Assembly: GCF_964204645.1 (NCBI RefSeq)
Contig: NC_134029.1
Location: forward strand, 12,860,850-12,924,849
Source: Tubulanus polymorphus
Taxonomy: Eukaryota; Animalia; Nemertea
Reading direction: 5' to 3'
DNA length: 64,000 nucleotides
Part shown: positions 11,452 through 25,267 of the stretch, piece after piece
How the letters are laid out: every line of letters starts with the position of its first letter
Position numbering within the stretch: position 1 is the stretch's first letter
Program-made: the position numbers and the translations under genes
The notes under the pieces: model-generated
Database searches by the model: none
What the model was told of the DNA's origin: nothing
The model's input: the letters and a program-made list of their open reading frames with translations, nothing else

Positions 11452-14400
11452 AGCTCTCATCAAAACCACTTCACCCTGAAATCGTTAAACCAATAGTCAA
11501 ATTAAGTGTTAGGCCTACAGATAAACGATTCGGCAAAGCAGACTCGAACATAATCGTCGAGGGTAGTTTTAAAGGCAGACAGGTCGATTGTTTAATTGAC
11601 ACTGGAGCCTGTATTTCTGTTTTAAGTCACGATGTTTTCAACATGCTCGACGCCATTACTCGCGATTCACTTTCCACGTGCGATTTCAATTTATGCGCAG
11701 CTAATGGAACTTCACTTAAAGTCTTTGGTCAAGTTTGTGCCAATATTAATATTTTCAACAAACCGACACCCTGGGAATTTGTAGTAGCTGAGATTTCAAA
11801 TCAAGTCGTTATAGGGATGGATTTCCTGGAGTACTACGATTGCAAGATTTATGCAGCAAGTCATAGCATCGTATGCGGAGATAGTCAAATTGATTATAAG
11901 AAACACTGCCATCAAGACGATAATGACATCTACGTCAGGAGTCTAGAGAAAACAATCATTCCACCCCGATCTGAGAAAATAGTTCAAGGAGTTGTACCGG
12001 ACGGAACCATTCCCTGCAAGTGGTCAGTTATCGAACGTGCAAGAAATCAGTCGAAGTACAAATATGTGACCGCCAGAACTTTAATAGATACCGGCAAAGA
12101 TTATTTACCTGTTAGGCTGATGAATCCAACTAATGATCCGCTTATTGTGAATCCAGGTTCTACCATAGGCGTCTTGAGATCAGTTACCAAAGTCACCCCC
12201 GATGGCTGCATAAATCATGTAGGACGCGAACAGGCGCCAAGCTCCGAAACCGTTCCTGACCACCTGAGAGAATTAATAGAGCGTAGCAGTGCGAATATCA
12301 ATGCTTCTGAAGCTTCCTGTTTAAAGAAGTTAATCGTAGAATATTCCGATATATTTGTGACATCAAATTCAGATCTCGTCGTAGCTCAAGGTAGTCAACA
12401 CGAAATTGACACAGGTGATGCCCGACCAGTACGACAGAGAGCTCGACGACTAGCACCAGCCAGACAAGCTTTAGCAGATGTATTAGTCAAAGACATGCTT
12501 CAGCGAGAAGTGATTGAACCCTCTACTTCGCCATGGGCAAGCCCTATCGTTTTGGTAAGCAAGAAAGATGGCAGTACTAGATTTTGCGTCGACTATAGAA
12601 GATTAAATGAACTTACCGTCAATGATGCTTATCCGTTGCCCAGAATCGATGATTCTATCCGTTCGTTATCTGGTGCGAAGTATTTCTGTACCATGGACGT
12701 AGCTTCCGGTTATTGGCAGGTGGAACTATCTGAAAAAGCCCGTGAGAAATCAGCATTCGTAGTGAGGAATGGCCTCTATCAATTTAACAAAATGCCGGTT
12801 GGTCTGTGTAACGCTGGAGCTACGTTTGAGAGATTGATGGAGCAAGTTTTGGGTGGTTTGCAAAAATGAAATCTGTTTGATTTATCTAGACGATATCGTA
12901 GTTTATGGAAAGGATTTTGATTCAACTTTACATAATCTACGACAAGTATTTTCAAGATTGCGACATGCTGGCTTGAAGCTAAAGCCGAAAAAGTCTGACT
13001 TTTTCAAACCTTCAGTATTATTTTTGGGGCATATTGTATCAGAGTCTGGAGTTTCGTGTGACCCAAGCAAGGTGGAGTCCGTAGCCAACTGGCCAGAGCC
13101 GAAGTGCCAGAGCCGAAGTGCCAGACCGATGTCAGGTCATTCCTTGGATTAGCTTCCTACTACAGACATTTCTGCGAAAATTTCGCTACTATCGCAAAAC
13201 CTCTACATAGACTTACCGAGAAGGGACGTCTATTCGTTTGGAGTAATGAATGTCAAACTTCATTCTCTACGTTGAAGAGTATGCTTTCCTCAGCTCCGGT
13301 CTTAGCTTATTTCACCCCGGGTCTGATTATTCTTGACACAGATGCTTCTGGAGTCGGCTTAGGAGGAGTTTTATCTCAAAGTTATGACGGTGTAGAGAGA
13401 GTTGTCGCCTATGGTAGCCGTACTCTATCTAAACGAGAAAGGAATTATTGTGTGACCAGAAGAGAATTATTAGCAGTAGTCACCTTTATAAAGCATTTTC
13501 GACATTACCTTTTAGGATCGAAATTTCTACTTAGAACAGACCACGGATCTTTGAGATGGCTTATGTCGTTTAAAGATCCAGAAGGTCAAGTCGCAAGTTG
13601 GCTCACGGTTTTGGCGGAATACGATTTCGATATACAGCATCGACCAGGCAGACAGCACTTAAACGCCGACGCTTTATCTCGAAGAGAATGTGCACACTGT
13701 CTTTCTGCTTCGAAGAGAGGAGCTTCAGATATATCTCCGTGCAACCTAGCGTCTGATAGCTATTTTCACGATGTCGAAACCTCTCCTGTTCTGGCTAGCG
13801 CAGGTTCAGTCATTATTTCTAGTACCAATTTTGACGAATCTTTTTCTTGTAAGAGTTTGGCTGAAGAACAAGAAAAAGATGTTGAATTTTCTTGGATAGT
13901 AGCGGCGTTGATGAAGGGTGAGAAACCATCGTGGCAGGATGTGTCACATCGCGACGATACAAGTAAATTTTATTGGTCTAGGTGGCTGAATTTGGAAGTT
14001 TCCAACGGAGTTTTATTTATCATAAAGGAGAGAGATGGATTGCCTACATCTAAGTTAATTCTCTTACCTGCGATTTTCAGACGAGATGTGTTTCTCAGTC
14101 TTCATTCCGCCCGCACTGCAGCTCATTTTGGTTTCCGCAAAACTCTCACTGCCATTCATACTCGATATTTTTGGTATGGTATTCGGTCAGACGTTAAGTC
14201 ATGGTGTAGTGTTTGTCAGACGTGTGGTTCCAGGAAAACGTCTCCAAAGAAGATGAGAGCTCCTTTAAACGACTACAGGGTAGGACTACCCTTGGAATGC
14301 GTCGCTCTAGATATACTCGGTCCACTTCCAATCACTGACAGGGGCAACGCTGTGATTTTAGTCATAAGCGACTACTTCACTCGCTGGGTAGAAGCTTATC

Positions 14401-15242
14401 CCTTGCCAAATCAAGAAGCTGAGACAGTAGCTCGCACTCTGGTCACAGAGTTTATCTGTCGATTTGGCATACCTCGGATGTTGCACAGTGATCAGGGCGC
14501 TAATTTTCAGTCTAGACTAATGTCAGAATTATGTCAGATTCTCGAGATGAAGAAAACTAGAACCACAGCTTACCACCCTTGTTCTGATGGTTTGGTCGAA
14601 AGATATAATCGAACACTATTAGATGGTCTGGCGATGACAGTGAACAAGAACCAGTCTAACTGGGAAGAACAGATTCCTTTTATCACCATGGCTTACCGTT
14701 CGTCCGTCCAAGACAGTACCGGCTTCAGCCCTAATTATTTAATGTTTGGCAGAGAAGTGAATCTGCCTATCGATATAATCTTTGGCGGCCCTATCACAAA
14801 CGTATCTGTACCTATCAAAACTTATAGCCTGGAGCTACAGGACAGGTTAAGATCAGCGTTTCATCAAACTCGCAAACACCTGGCTCTCAGAGCAAAACGC
14901 AACAAGAGAAACTACGACATGAAGGCCCATGGTCAGAGGTACAGAGTTGGCGATCCGGTCTGGGTACACAAACCTGCAGTCAAGGCAGGCCGATCGTCAA
15001 AATTGTCGTGTCATTGGCATGGGCCGAATGTCATCAAGAGTTTGTTTAATGACGTCGTGTACGAAATCTCTGAACCTGGTGCTCACAGATCGATTAAGGT
15101 CCATTATGATTGGCTAAAGCCATATGTTTCTGAGCCGACTGTCGCTGATGATGTCGAAACGCAGACCATGCAACAGCCGGTCATAACATCCTCAGGCCGA
15201 CAGACGAGATGTCCAGATCGCTTCGGCGAATGGCTTTTATAA
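11400..15242 (+). pseudogene. pol: Gypsy A Pol (PR-RT-RNaseH-IN) in the -1 frame, disrupted by an extra A at about 12862 and a 14-bp duplication at about 13092-13119
   Basis: LIDTGA, WASPIVLV, RFCVDYR, YLDD, LDTDAS, H..GF..C..C, HSDQG, W.GP motifs; the -1 frame is open from 11400. Confidence 0.92.
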
Positions 15243-15299
15243 GCCTTAGCAATTCAGGCTGCTAATTAATACTCGCATGTATTATTATTTTCCAGTACT

Positions 15300-16162
15300 A
15301 TGAAGTCGGAAGTTGAAAAATGGTCATGTAAGTACTGCAATGGCAGGTTTTCTATATCGACGAGTCGAAGCAGACATCTACGAGTATGCGATAAAAACCC
15401 TGATCGTGAGAACGAAAGTTTTCGATGCAAGATCTGCAACTACTCGTCCAAAGCATATGAGACCACCCGCACACATATCAAGAAGAAGCATCGTGACAAT
15501 ACTATTGGTAGAAGTATTTCGGAGTTGATCACATCAGATGATTTAGCACCAATTGACGACGTGTCTATTTCGGAGCCAGTGTTTCCATATGTGTCAGGTC
15601 CGCCGCCACCGAAGACCTCATTTTTGAATTTTGTTGCGACCGAGAGAGCCAAGCGAGGCGAACCATCAACTCTGAAGGCAGCCGTCACGCCTGAACGTCG
15701 TGTCGTCACGAAGAATCCAGTGATGGACAATATTTTAGCTACGTCCTCACTGCCGTTTACCACTCCATCATCAGCCGTCAAACCTGCGACCATTTCTCGA
15801 CCTGCTGCCACTCCGTCATCCGAATTACAGAAGCCAGTCATTATTCCTCAACCCTCCGTCATTCCGTCATCAGAACTAACTTATCATCCTCCGAATGCCA
15901 AGAAACATGTACATTCTATGTACATGTCCACTATCGAAATCATGCACCACCCAGACGATTTACCTCAATGTTTATTCTGTTTATGATGTGCCGAGACATG
16001 GCTGGACTCTCTCAACGACTCGCCGAAAAGACGGGACAGAAGCTACACACTCATGTTATGTTTGGGTCAGAGATAAAGACCGAATTTACGACGACCCACG
16101 ACATCGAGTGCGAACTCTGCAACATCTGCCGGGAGATTCATCAACGTCGCCGTGAAGAGTGA
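15300..16162 (+). CDS. Gypsy A ORF3: two C2H2 zinc fingers, P/S/T-rich linker and duplicated His/Cys motif (frameshift at about 15982)
   Basis: CKYC..HLRVC (C2HC variant) and CKIC..HIKKKH fingers; preceded by acceptor-like attattattttccag (AG at 15294-15295); continues in ORF 15968-16162. Confidence 0.75.
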
Positions 16163-18072
16163 TCTTCCAGACCTTCTTTCTATCGCGTTATGTAGTTTAA
16201 TCTCATCTTCTTTATTAGTACGGTTACGTTGTTAGTGAGTATTGTAATATATTAGTATAGTTAGTATATGTATAGGAGTTAGAGTATTAGTAGAGTATTA
16301 GTATGCGTTAGTGTTCAATTAGTGCGTAGATCGGATTCGGACGTTCTCTTGTATTTTTTAGTGTTCTTGGCAATTTTCTTGGGCATTTTCGCCCATTGCC
16401 TTTTATCTTTTATGTACAGGCAAAGGGCTAGAGGGGGGCATTGTAGCGAAAATTGATTTTGATTTGATTTGTTGTTTCCTTTCGCTTCGGTGTCCTCCCC
16501 TCCCTTCCTTTGCCTTCCTTTCTTATGCGATGTCGCGTTGTATCAATTAAGCCATATAGGCGCGGGGTGGATAGATTCACATTTGAGTGATTTATCTACC
16601 TTTATTTCTGTCGCGGGACTTCTATTTTCGCTTCGATTCGCGTAGTTCTCGCGGTTTTCATAATATTTATCCGTGCGGGTTCGATTCCCGTGTTTCAATA
16701 ATTTATGTGCATAGCTGAGCCTCGCTGTGGTTTTTCAACCAACCACAGCCTTTGTTGTTGTGCGCTCGTCGCTGCACGTGTTTTTCTAGCCAATCGCGGC
16801 TTTTGTTGTTGCGTGACGTCATGCTTCGCGTCTCTCGGCCAATTAGAGCCTTTGTTTTTGTTGTGACGTCACGCCGCGCCTCTATATAAGTGTGACAGTT
16901 CGGCTGCTCAAAAATAACAGCTTGATTGTCAACTTACGTCAAGTTATAAAGCAAGCAAACTGAAGATATTTATTTGAAGATCGGCTGACTGACTACCTTT
17001 ATTCGGTGAGCAATTGCATAGAACATGGTTAGAATTAAATTATATTTCTAACGACAGCGTATTATAAGCTATTTCGTCATGGATGGTGACATATGGGAAT
17101 CGTTTTCCAGACACTTACTTTTGAAGCATTCAGCTTTGAGATGCTTTGAGATGCTTAAACTAATCGTCATGAAGTATCGCATGTAGATGGAATGAAATAA
17201 CTTTATTATGGTGAAGCAATGATGCTTTGAAGCTTTCACTTTTAAGATGCTTCAGCTATAATCGATGTGAAGTATCGTATGTTTGTAGATAGAATCAAAT
17301 AACTTTATGGTGAAGCATGTTCCCGTGAAGCATGAAGGATGCTTTGAAGTTTTCATTTTTTAGATGCTTCAACTACAATTATCATGTAGATAGAGAAGAT
17401 TCGAATTATCGTGTACATAGACTAAAGATCTCAGCTTTTGTGATGCGAAGCACGTTTCTTAAAACGTCAAGCTTTCCAGCTTTGTGATGCTTCAAACTTC
17501 ATTACGAATTTTATACAGCCTAGCTGAATAGTTACTTTGGCAGTCGTCTGAAAGCATGATTTGAAGCTTTCTATCTGAGATCCTTATTTCAAAGCATCTG
17601 AAGCATTCCTTGCTTCAACTCTGAAGCTGGGTGAACTTAATCACTTTCTCTCCAGCTTTGATAGCCTATTGAAGCTGATACTGCGATTTCCATCTGTCAC
17701 CATGATATTTTATTGCGATTTTCGCAATACATGTATTTATAATAATTGGTTAAACCTCTTAGAGCGAGGTTGAGAGCAGTTTGTATGCATTTTTTTATAG
17801 TCCTGTACTATGGAAATGTCCTGTTGATGCTGTATTTATCGACCTAATAAATGGCCTAATGACATGGCTATTGTACATATATTTTCTACATGGCGAGTCT
17901 GTTATGTTTTTGAAAGCTGGGCACGTCTGAAGAAGGAACATGAGGAGAGGAGAGTCGCATCATTCGTGGTTTTGTTTTTATTAGTTCGAGACTGTGAGGT
18001 TGAAGATATGTGAGGTCTAGACTAGTTGTTGCGAGATATCCTGCGAGATTGTACGGGGGGGACGATATTGTG

Positions 18073-21000
18073 TGTAACCGGCTGGTTGTTGTATCGGCAG
18101 GCTGGCTGGGGAACTAGCATTTACACCAGCGGTACAGGATTCCAACCATCAGGAACAACAAGGCAGTTAAACCTTATATGTACAATCTTTATTGCATCCC
18201 GGAATGAGAATGATTATCATAGCTTTACATAGTCTTTATATACAGAATCATGAGTATAATGTGAGAACTAGGTGTCAGACAAGTTGTAGACATCAGGACT
18301 CACAAACAAACACCTAGTGACATGTTTGAGAGACATTAATTAATTATCGATGAGCACTGACTATAGCTAATTATTGTGAAAACATGTTGAGTAATGTCAC
18401 ATGTTGATTACGACCTTAATGCACATATTGACACTATAGTCATAAGTTATATTATATTATTATTATTATTATCAACAATATGTAGTAGAGCTATGAAATG
18501 TTATGAACTGTTCGATATGACATTGTAGATCTATATGATTATGAAATATGCAAATTATATCAGGGTGACAGATGCCCCCTTGTCCAATTAAATTTGTTCC
18601 TCCAAATTTGCGGAAAACGCTGATGGTATAAGTTCATTAAAACTCCTTCCACTGCGAGAACATGAAAAATTGAGTTTCACCGCGCGAAAATGTGCAAACA
18701 CTGGACAGTAACATCCGGATTATCAGTCATTCACGAAAGAGTCACATCTTGTCGTTATATACGGACGATGCGATGATACGTTAACTGTAATTTTGATTGA
18801 TCTGCAAACGATCCCCGAATTCTGGTTGGTTCTGCGACGAACAGAAGTAGCGACGTGTTGTGTAGTTATAGCGTCCCGAAGATCAGTTGGTGATGCAAGT
18901 TGCAAGTAGTACGTATTTCTCTGTTTTGGAGATCTTTCGATTACTGACTGGAAATAACTTCGTGACACAATGATAGTAACATGCAACATTTGACATCAGA
19001 GCAGAGTTCAAGCAATGACACAACACAAATACAGTTACCCTTGTCAACCAAAAGGAAAAAATTATCATCATCCCAAATAAGTGGTCAGAAGTAAATAAAG
19101 AATAACCATAGTAATTGAGCAAAGATGACACCACCAGCATAATTGAACTGTATTAACACCTATCATCGCAGTCTCAATTAATCCACGTTATATTATATCA
19201 TTGATAAATTCATACCGTACTTTACACTGATCTCAGTTATGTCTCGTATTAGATTTACAATGACGTTATTTGCGTGTTTTCTACGAAAGATTTCATGCAC
19301 TCTACTTAAAATGACTAGTATATATTAATTGAACGTATGAACTATCCGATCTTTGAACCGTTCGTGGCGTAAATAAACTGAAAATATACGTACGAGTAAT
19401 AAGCTGATCAATTCATCGCTGATATCCATATGATATTCTGGAAAGCTTACTGTAGCTACTACTGAGTTTCGAAGAAGTAGATTTTAAACGAGTAGCGTAC
19501 TGACTTTGTGTGCCAGGAGGTGTTTCATACCAAGGCCGCCATGCAGGGGGAGCGAACCGCCCAAATAAAACATAGTATTCTAAGACTCCCTGGTCGTTGA
19601 AACGTGTTGATACGGCTCGAGCGGCAGTAGGTATAATGTTTTTGAGCTCGGTTTCGGTGGGAGGCCTTTCATTTTCCAAGATGACATGATATATACCCCA
19701 TACATGTTCAAGACTTTCTCTGTAATCACTTACTTCAAACCAATCTCGTTTTGATGCCCGGTACCATGGACTGTCATGGTAATATTTGACGAATAGCACA
19801 TTATTTTGAAATTTGGTAGCAACAACCGTTTTTCCAGTAGGGCATGGACATAATGCTCGACGATTTCCCGTCCGAATAGCCTCTTCGATAGCGACATTAC
19901 TTGAATCTGAACTACTCTTAACGCTATCCTGATTCGTATGATCTTGGTGAGTTTTCGATCGAGCTGAACAATATACACTATTTACATTCTCATTATTTGA
20001 TGAGTCTTCATTAGACATCTGATTATCAAATTCTTGGAAGCGATCATTAGTAACATATACACCCTGTATTACGGTTCCATTTAATTTTCTTCTAGGTTTT
20101 TCACGTATCTCTACTTCACTATCCTGACACCTATCTCTATTTGTGATTATAATATTTGCTACGTCATTCTCGTTTTCATTTCGATCGTTTTGATGTCCCT
20201 GATTATTATCAGAATTGTCTGTAATGCGATCAAAAAACTTACTTTTGCAAGGTTTCTTACGTTTTTTGCCTGATGCCGCATAGTTTTCGTGAAAGTGTCG
20301 AATTAGTTTATTTGGGATCCATTTTCCTAATTCCCAAGAATTTCCACGATTTAAATCTGACTTCCATTTTACGCGATATTTACATAAACCACTTTCTAGT
20401 TTGTACTGTAGAATTTTCTGAATATCTGATTCATTGAAAGTCTCAGTAACTACCGGTCTATCTTTGTTATCGTCAGCCGAAATTTGAGTGTCAGTTGGAG
20501 TATCAGCTAAATTGCTAGGTTTATATTTTAAGCGCCCATGAATCTCGTCGAATAATTCAGGGTTTTCCTCAGCTGTTGAACCATCCCATGCGACCTCTTC
20601 ATAATTTGGACGCGATGAGGGATCTTTGTATAACTTAAGACGGTTCCCATTGACATGCGATGGGAGTAAAGCGTTATCAGAGATTCTTCGTAATTGATAA
20701 GCCCCTTTACTTGCTATTGACTGAATGAAATAGGGACCTACGTATTTTTTACACAGTTTTGGTGATTTTCCTTTCTTAACTTTCATGACTTTTAGCCAAA
20801 CGCGATCAGTAATCTGAAACTGAGGTTTTGATGCCTTTTTATCGAACTGAGTTTTATACTTATTTTGAGCTCTTTTAATATTCTCGTTAGCGATATTTCG
20901 TGATATGACCAGCTGCCTTAATATATGTGATAAGTATGCCTTATGATCAGTAGCTAACGAATGCCGTGGAATTAAAGCCGTGTCTATTGGTAGACGCATT

Positions 21001-24000
21001 TCTTGACCAAATAACATGTGGTAAGGGCTAAAACCTGAACCTTCAGTTGAGGGAACATGCCTATAACTCATCATTACACTTGGCATTAGTGTATCCCAAT
21101 TAGTCTGGTCCTGGTTACAATACGACCTAAGTGACTGCCAAATGTACTGGTTAGTTCTCTCGCAAACTGAGTTGGATTGAGGATGGTACGGAGCGGTGAA
21201 ATGTTGTTTCACGTGAAACAATTCACAGAGAGCTCCAACTAACTTAGACATAAATGTTTTACCGCGATCAGAGACTAAAGAATGAGGCGCACCATACCGC
21301 GAAAATATCTCTTTAAAGAGAACCTTTGCTACCTCTGTTGTTTCCTGAGTATTGAGAGGAAAAGCCTCGGGCCATTTACTCCAGCTATCTACCACGAGTA
21401 GAATATGCTTATTACCATTAGGTGTCTCCGGAAGATTGCAAAGGAAGTCAATGTGCCATCTGGAGAATAAGCCTTCAATTGGTAATGGTTGTAAGGGTGT
21501 TGGATGACTATGATAATTCCGTTTGACCTGTTGGCAATTCTCACAAGTAGAAACATATTTCCCGCAATCTTCATACATGGAATCCCAATGATATTTATTA
21601 CGTAAAACACCATAAAGACGATCTCGACCCTGGTGGCAACCTCCCACTAATGAATCATGGTAAGCTTTCAATATTTCCGACCGTAATGACCTAGGAACTT
21701 CAAGAACTGGGATGACCTTCTCGGCTTTAGGAATACCAGTAACTCTAGGCGTATACAAATAATATAACGTGCCATCGATAATACCATATTGGTCGGCCCT
21801 CCAACTGAGCTTTCGAAACAGTTTTTCATCGTCGACAGCATATGATGGATCTAACTTATGTTCCAACATGTGACAAACTTCAGGGCAATTCCGCTGTAAG
21901 TGAGTTATATTAGCAGGTTTAATCAGTTCAATCTCCTTATAAGTATCAGGAGTTAACTCAGCCCCCACGGGGCTACTATAATCAAACACGACTTCATAAG
22001 ACTGAGATCCATTTGTCATTGCTGTGAAAACAGTTTCTTGTGAAGGATCATCAGGTCTAGGAGGAGGAGGTTTATCATAATCTCGTCTACTTAAACCGTC
22101 GCAATTGCCATTTTTCTTACCCGGTCGGTGTTCAACAGAAAAATTATATGCTTGAAGAGCCAATTCCCAACGTCCTATACGTTTATTTAGTCGGTTTTCA
22201 TGAATATACGTTAAACTTTTGTTATCAGTATACACAGTGAATTCATTTCCAATCAGGTAGGGATGAAAATTCTGAATTCCTTCAATCAAAGCTAATCCTT
22301 CCTTATCACTAATATGCCATTTCTTTTCGTTTACACGTAACGCGCGACCACCATATCCGATAACATGTTCTGAATTATTCTCTTTCTGAGACAAAACGTA
22401 ACCAATAGCATATTCCGAAGAGTCAACCGAGAGATAGAAACGAGAATTGAAATCAGGGAATATCATAACTGGATCACTAGTTAATTTCTGTTTAAGCGTA
22501 TCAAAAGCTTGCTGACAATCAGGGGTCCATTTGAACTTCACATCTTTACAGTTCAAAGCATTCAAGGAAGAAACTATTGATGCATAATTTTGAATGAATT
22601 TCCTGTAAAAATTTGTCAATCCTAGAAAACTTCGTAATTGTTTGACATTGGACGGAACTGGAAAGCTGTTAACCTTTTCGATGTTCTTTTTACAAGTACG
22701 AAGACCCTCAGCAGATAAGGTATAACCCAGATATTCAATTTCTGGGACTGCAAATTCACACTTAGTCGGTTTCGCAGTTAGACCGGCTTGTTTAAGCTTC
22801 TCAAAAACATTCGATAAATGAATTAAGTGACTGTCAAAATCTTGAGAGAATATGATGAGATCATCAATGAAACACAATACATATTGCCAATTCAAATGAC
22901 CTAAACATTTTGACATAAGCATCTGAAAAGCCATAGGACCATTCTTAATTCCCATCGGCATTCTTTTGAAGCACATTTTGCCTTGCGTCGTTTGAAAAGC
23001 TGTTTTATGACGCGATTCTACATGTAACGGTATCTGGTGAAATCCTGAATTAAGATCTAATTTACTAAATATCATGGGTTTAGCATCGGCTATAGTGTCA
23101 AATACATCATCAAAATGAGGTAGTGGAAATGATTGCGTTACGGTCTTCGAATTCAGTTTTCTAAAATCAATAGTAAACCTATACGTATTGTCTGGTTTTC
23201 TAACCAAAACCACAGGATTATTGAAAACAGAATCAGTTGGTTCTATGAGATCGGCATATAACAGTTCGTTAACCAAGCCGTTTTCTACCTGTCTCAAATG
23301 TGGACTTTTGCGATAAGGTCTTTGAATTATAGGGTCGTCATCAGTTGTTTCTATCTTATGCGTAACTAATGAAGTTTTGCCGATTTCTTGTAAGTTACTA
23401 GCAAATATTGACCTATTACATCCAATTAAATACATTAATCTCTCCTTTTGTTCAAGAGACAATCCTGAATTTGCCGGAATTTTTATGCCTAAATTTTCCG
23501 CTATTTTAATTTTTTCATCATAATCACGTGGTGTTTCAGTATCAATGGAGAAAATGTTTGCACTAGTATTGTCATCTGCGAAATCGAAACAATCATCGTC
23601 AGTTACATTGTATGCAAATCCAAGCACACAATCTTTTGAAATTTGAATCGGTTCATTAGTAGGATTCACAATAGTAGCGAAAATTTTACCGTCCGTGATT
23701 TTACATAATGTTTTACCTCCACCTAAACATTTATTCAATAACTTGTGGTTGTATGGTCAAAAACAACCAATGAACCTTCCGCCAACGTATCGACACTTAT
23801 TTGAACTATTTGTTTAGTATTTGGTGAAATAACTATCTTGTTAACCGTTTTAGCTTTATTTCTGTACAGCTCTTGTTTATTCCTAAGAATCTTTAATGGA
23901 ATCGAAACATCTTTAAATTCAATTGTGCCTGATGCAAGGTCAATGTTTACATTGTTTTCCTTCAAAAAATCTAGTCCTAGAATGACATCTGTATGTAGCC

Positions 24001-25267
24001 TATCGAATACATAAAACTTATGCGTTAATACATGAGATTGAATGCAAATGGGTACATCAATTCTACCAATTACTGAATGTGCTTCCCCACAAACTCCTCT
24101 AATAATGTTTATATCCGATTGACCATATATGGGATTTTTGATACATCCTTCGACCGTTGATCTAGCAATACATGAAATTGATGCACCTGTATCGACTAAT
24201 GCTCGTTGGGAGTGTTTATTAATATCAACGTTTATAATATTCCGATTCAACCCTGAAACTAAGCTCATATCAACCGCATTGATATCAGGTACCCATAATC
24301 GAGATGCTTCTTTGCGACAAACATCCTTACTACAATGTATGCGCTTCATCTTTTTGAAGTGTATACCACGTAAGTGTACAGAACGAAATGAAACTGATTA
24401 TGAATAATGTATAGCTAGAAAAATACTTTGAATTGAACAATCGAAACTTGAGACATATATCAAACTGCTCAACTACACGGTAATGCTCCCAAACTCAAAC
24501 AGCTATAATTTCCTATACTCAATATCCGACCACTAATTCGAGACAAAGATTCAATTATATTACCTATGGCTGACAACAAGTTACCATAATGTGTTTGTAT
24601 CCACCAAAACAGCAGCGATTTCGGCGATCAGCACAGTCATGTCACAAGTGTAGTTGAATGCGATCTTCTATTTTGTGGTATGTTTCAGTCACAATCCGTA
24701 TATCAGCAGCTTCGTCTGTACTTGTGTAAGTCACGAGGACTTAAATTTGGGTTCTCCACCATCTGTAACCGGCTGGTTGTTGTATCGGCAGGCTGGCTGG
24801 GGAACTAGCATTTACACCAGCGGTACAGGATTCCATCCATCAGGAACAACAAGGCAGTTAAACCTTATATGTACAATCTTTATTGCATCCCGGAATGAGA
24901 ATGATTATCATAGCTTTACATAGTCTTTATATACAGAATCATGAGTATAATGTGAGAACTAGGTGTCAGACAAGTTGTAGACATCAGGACTCACAAACAA
25001 ACACCTAGTGACATGTTTGAGAGACATTAATTAATTATCGATGAGCACTGACTATAGCTAATTATTGTAAAAACATGTTGAGTAATGTCACATGTTGATT
25101 ACGACCATAATGCACATATTGACACTATAGTCATAAGTTATATTATATTATTATTATTATTATTATTATTAATAATATGTAGTAGAGCTATGAAATGTTA
25201 TGAACTGTTCGATATGACATTGTAGACCTATATGATTATGAAATATGCAAATTATATCAGGGTGTCA
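18073..25267 (-). mobile_element. Gypsy LTR retrotransposon B (chromodomain-bearing, no gag)
   Basis: LTRs 18073-18570 and 24764-25267 (about 500 bp, near-identical); PBS TGGTGGAGAA (tRNA-Ala-like) at 24752-24761; PPT ggacaagggggc next to 18570. Confidence 0.95.
19413..24349 (-). CDS. pol: Gypsy B Pol: protease (23735-24349) frameshifted into RT-RNaseH-IN-chromodomain plus C-terminal extension (19413-23738)
   Basis: LVDTGAS, RFTIDFR, FIDD, LSVDSS, H..GGCH..CENC, LVSDRG, YVGPY, IQKILQYK..YRVKWK..SWE. Confidence 0.92.

Noticed and set aside
12853-13152. Compensating frameshifts restoring Gypsy A pol
   Set aside because: The +1 and +14 changes sum to 15, but a stop at 12867-12869 intervenes, so pol remains broken.
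15300-15986. env gene
   Set aside because: No evident signal peptide or transmembrane segment; contains zinc fingers instead.
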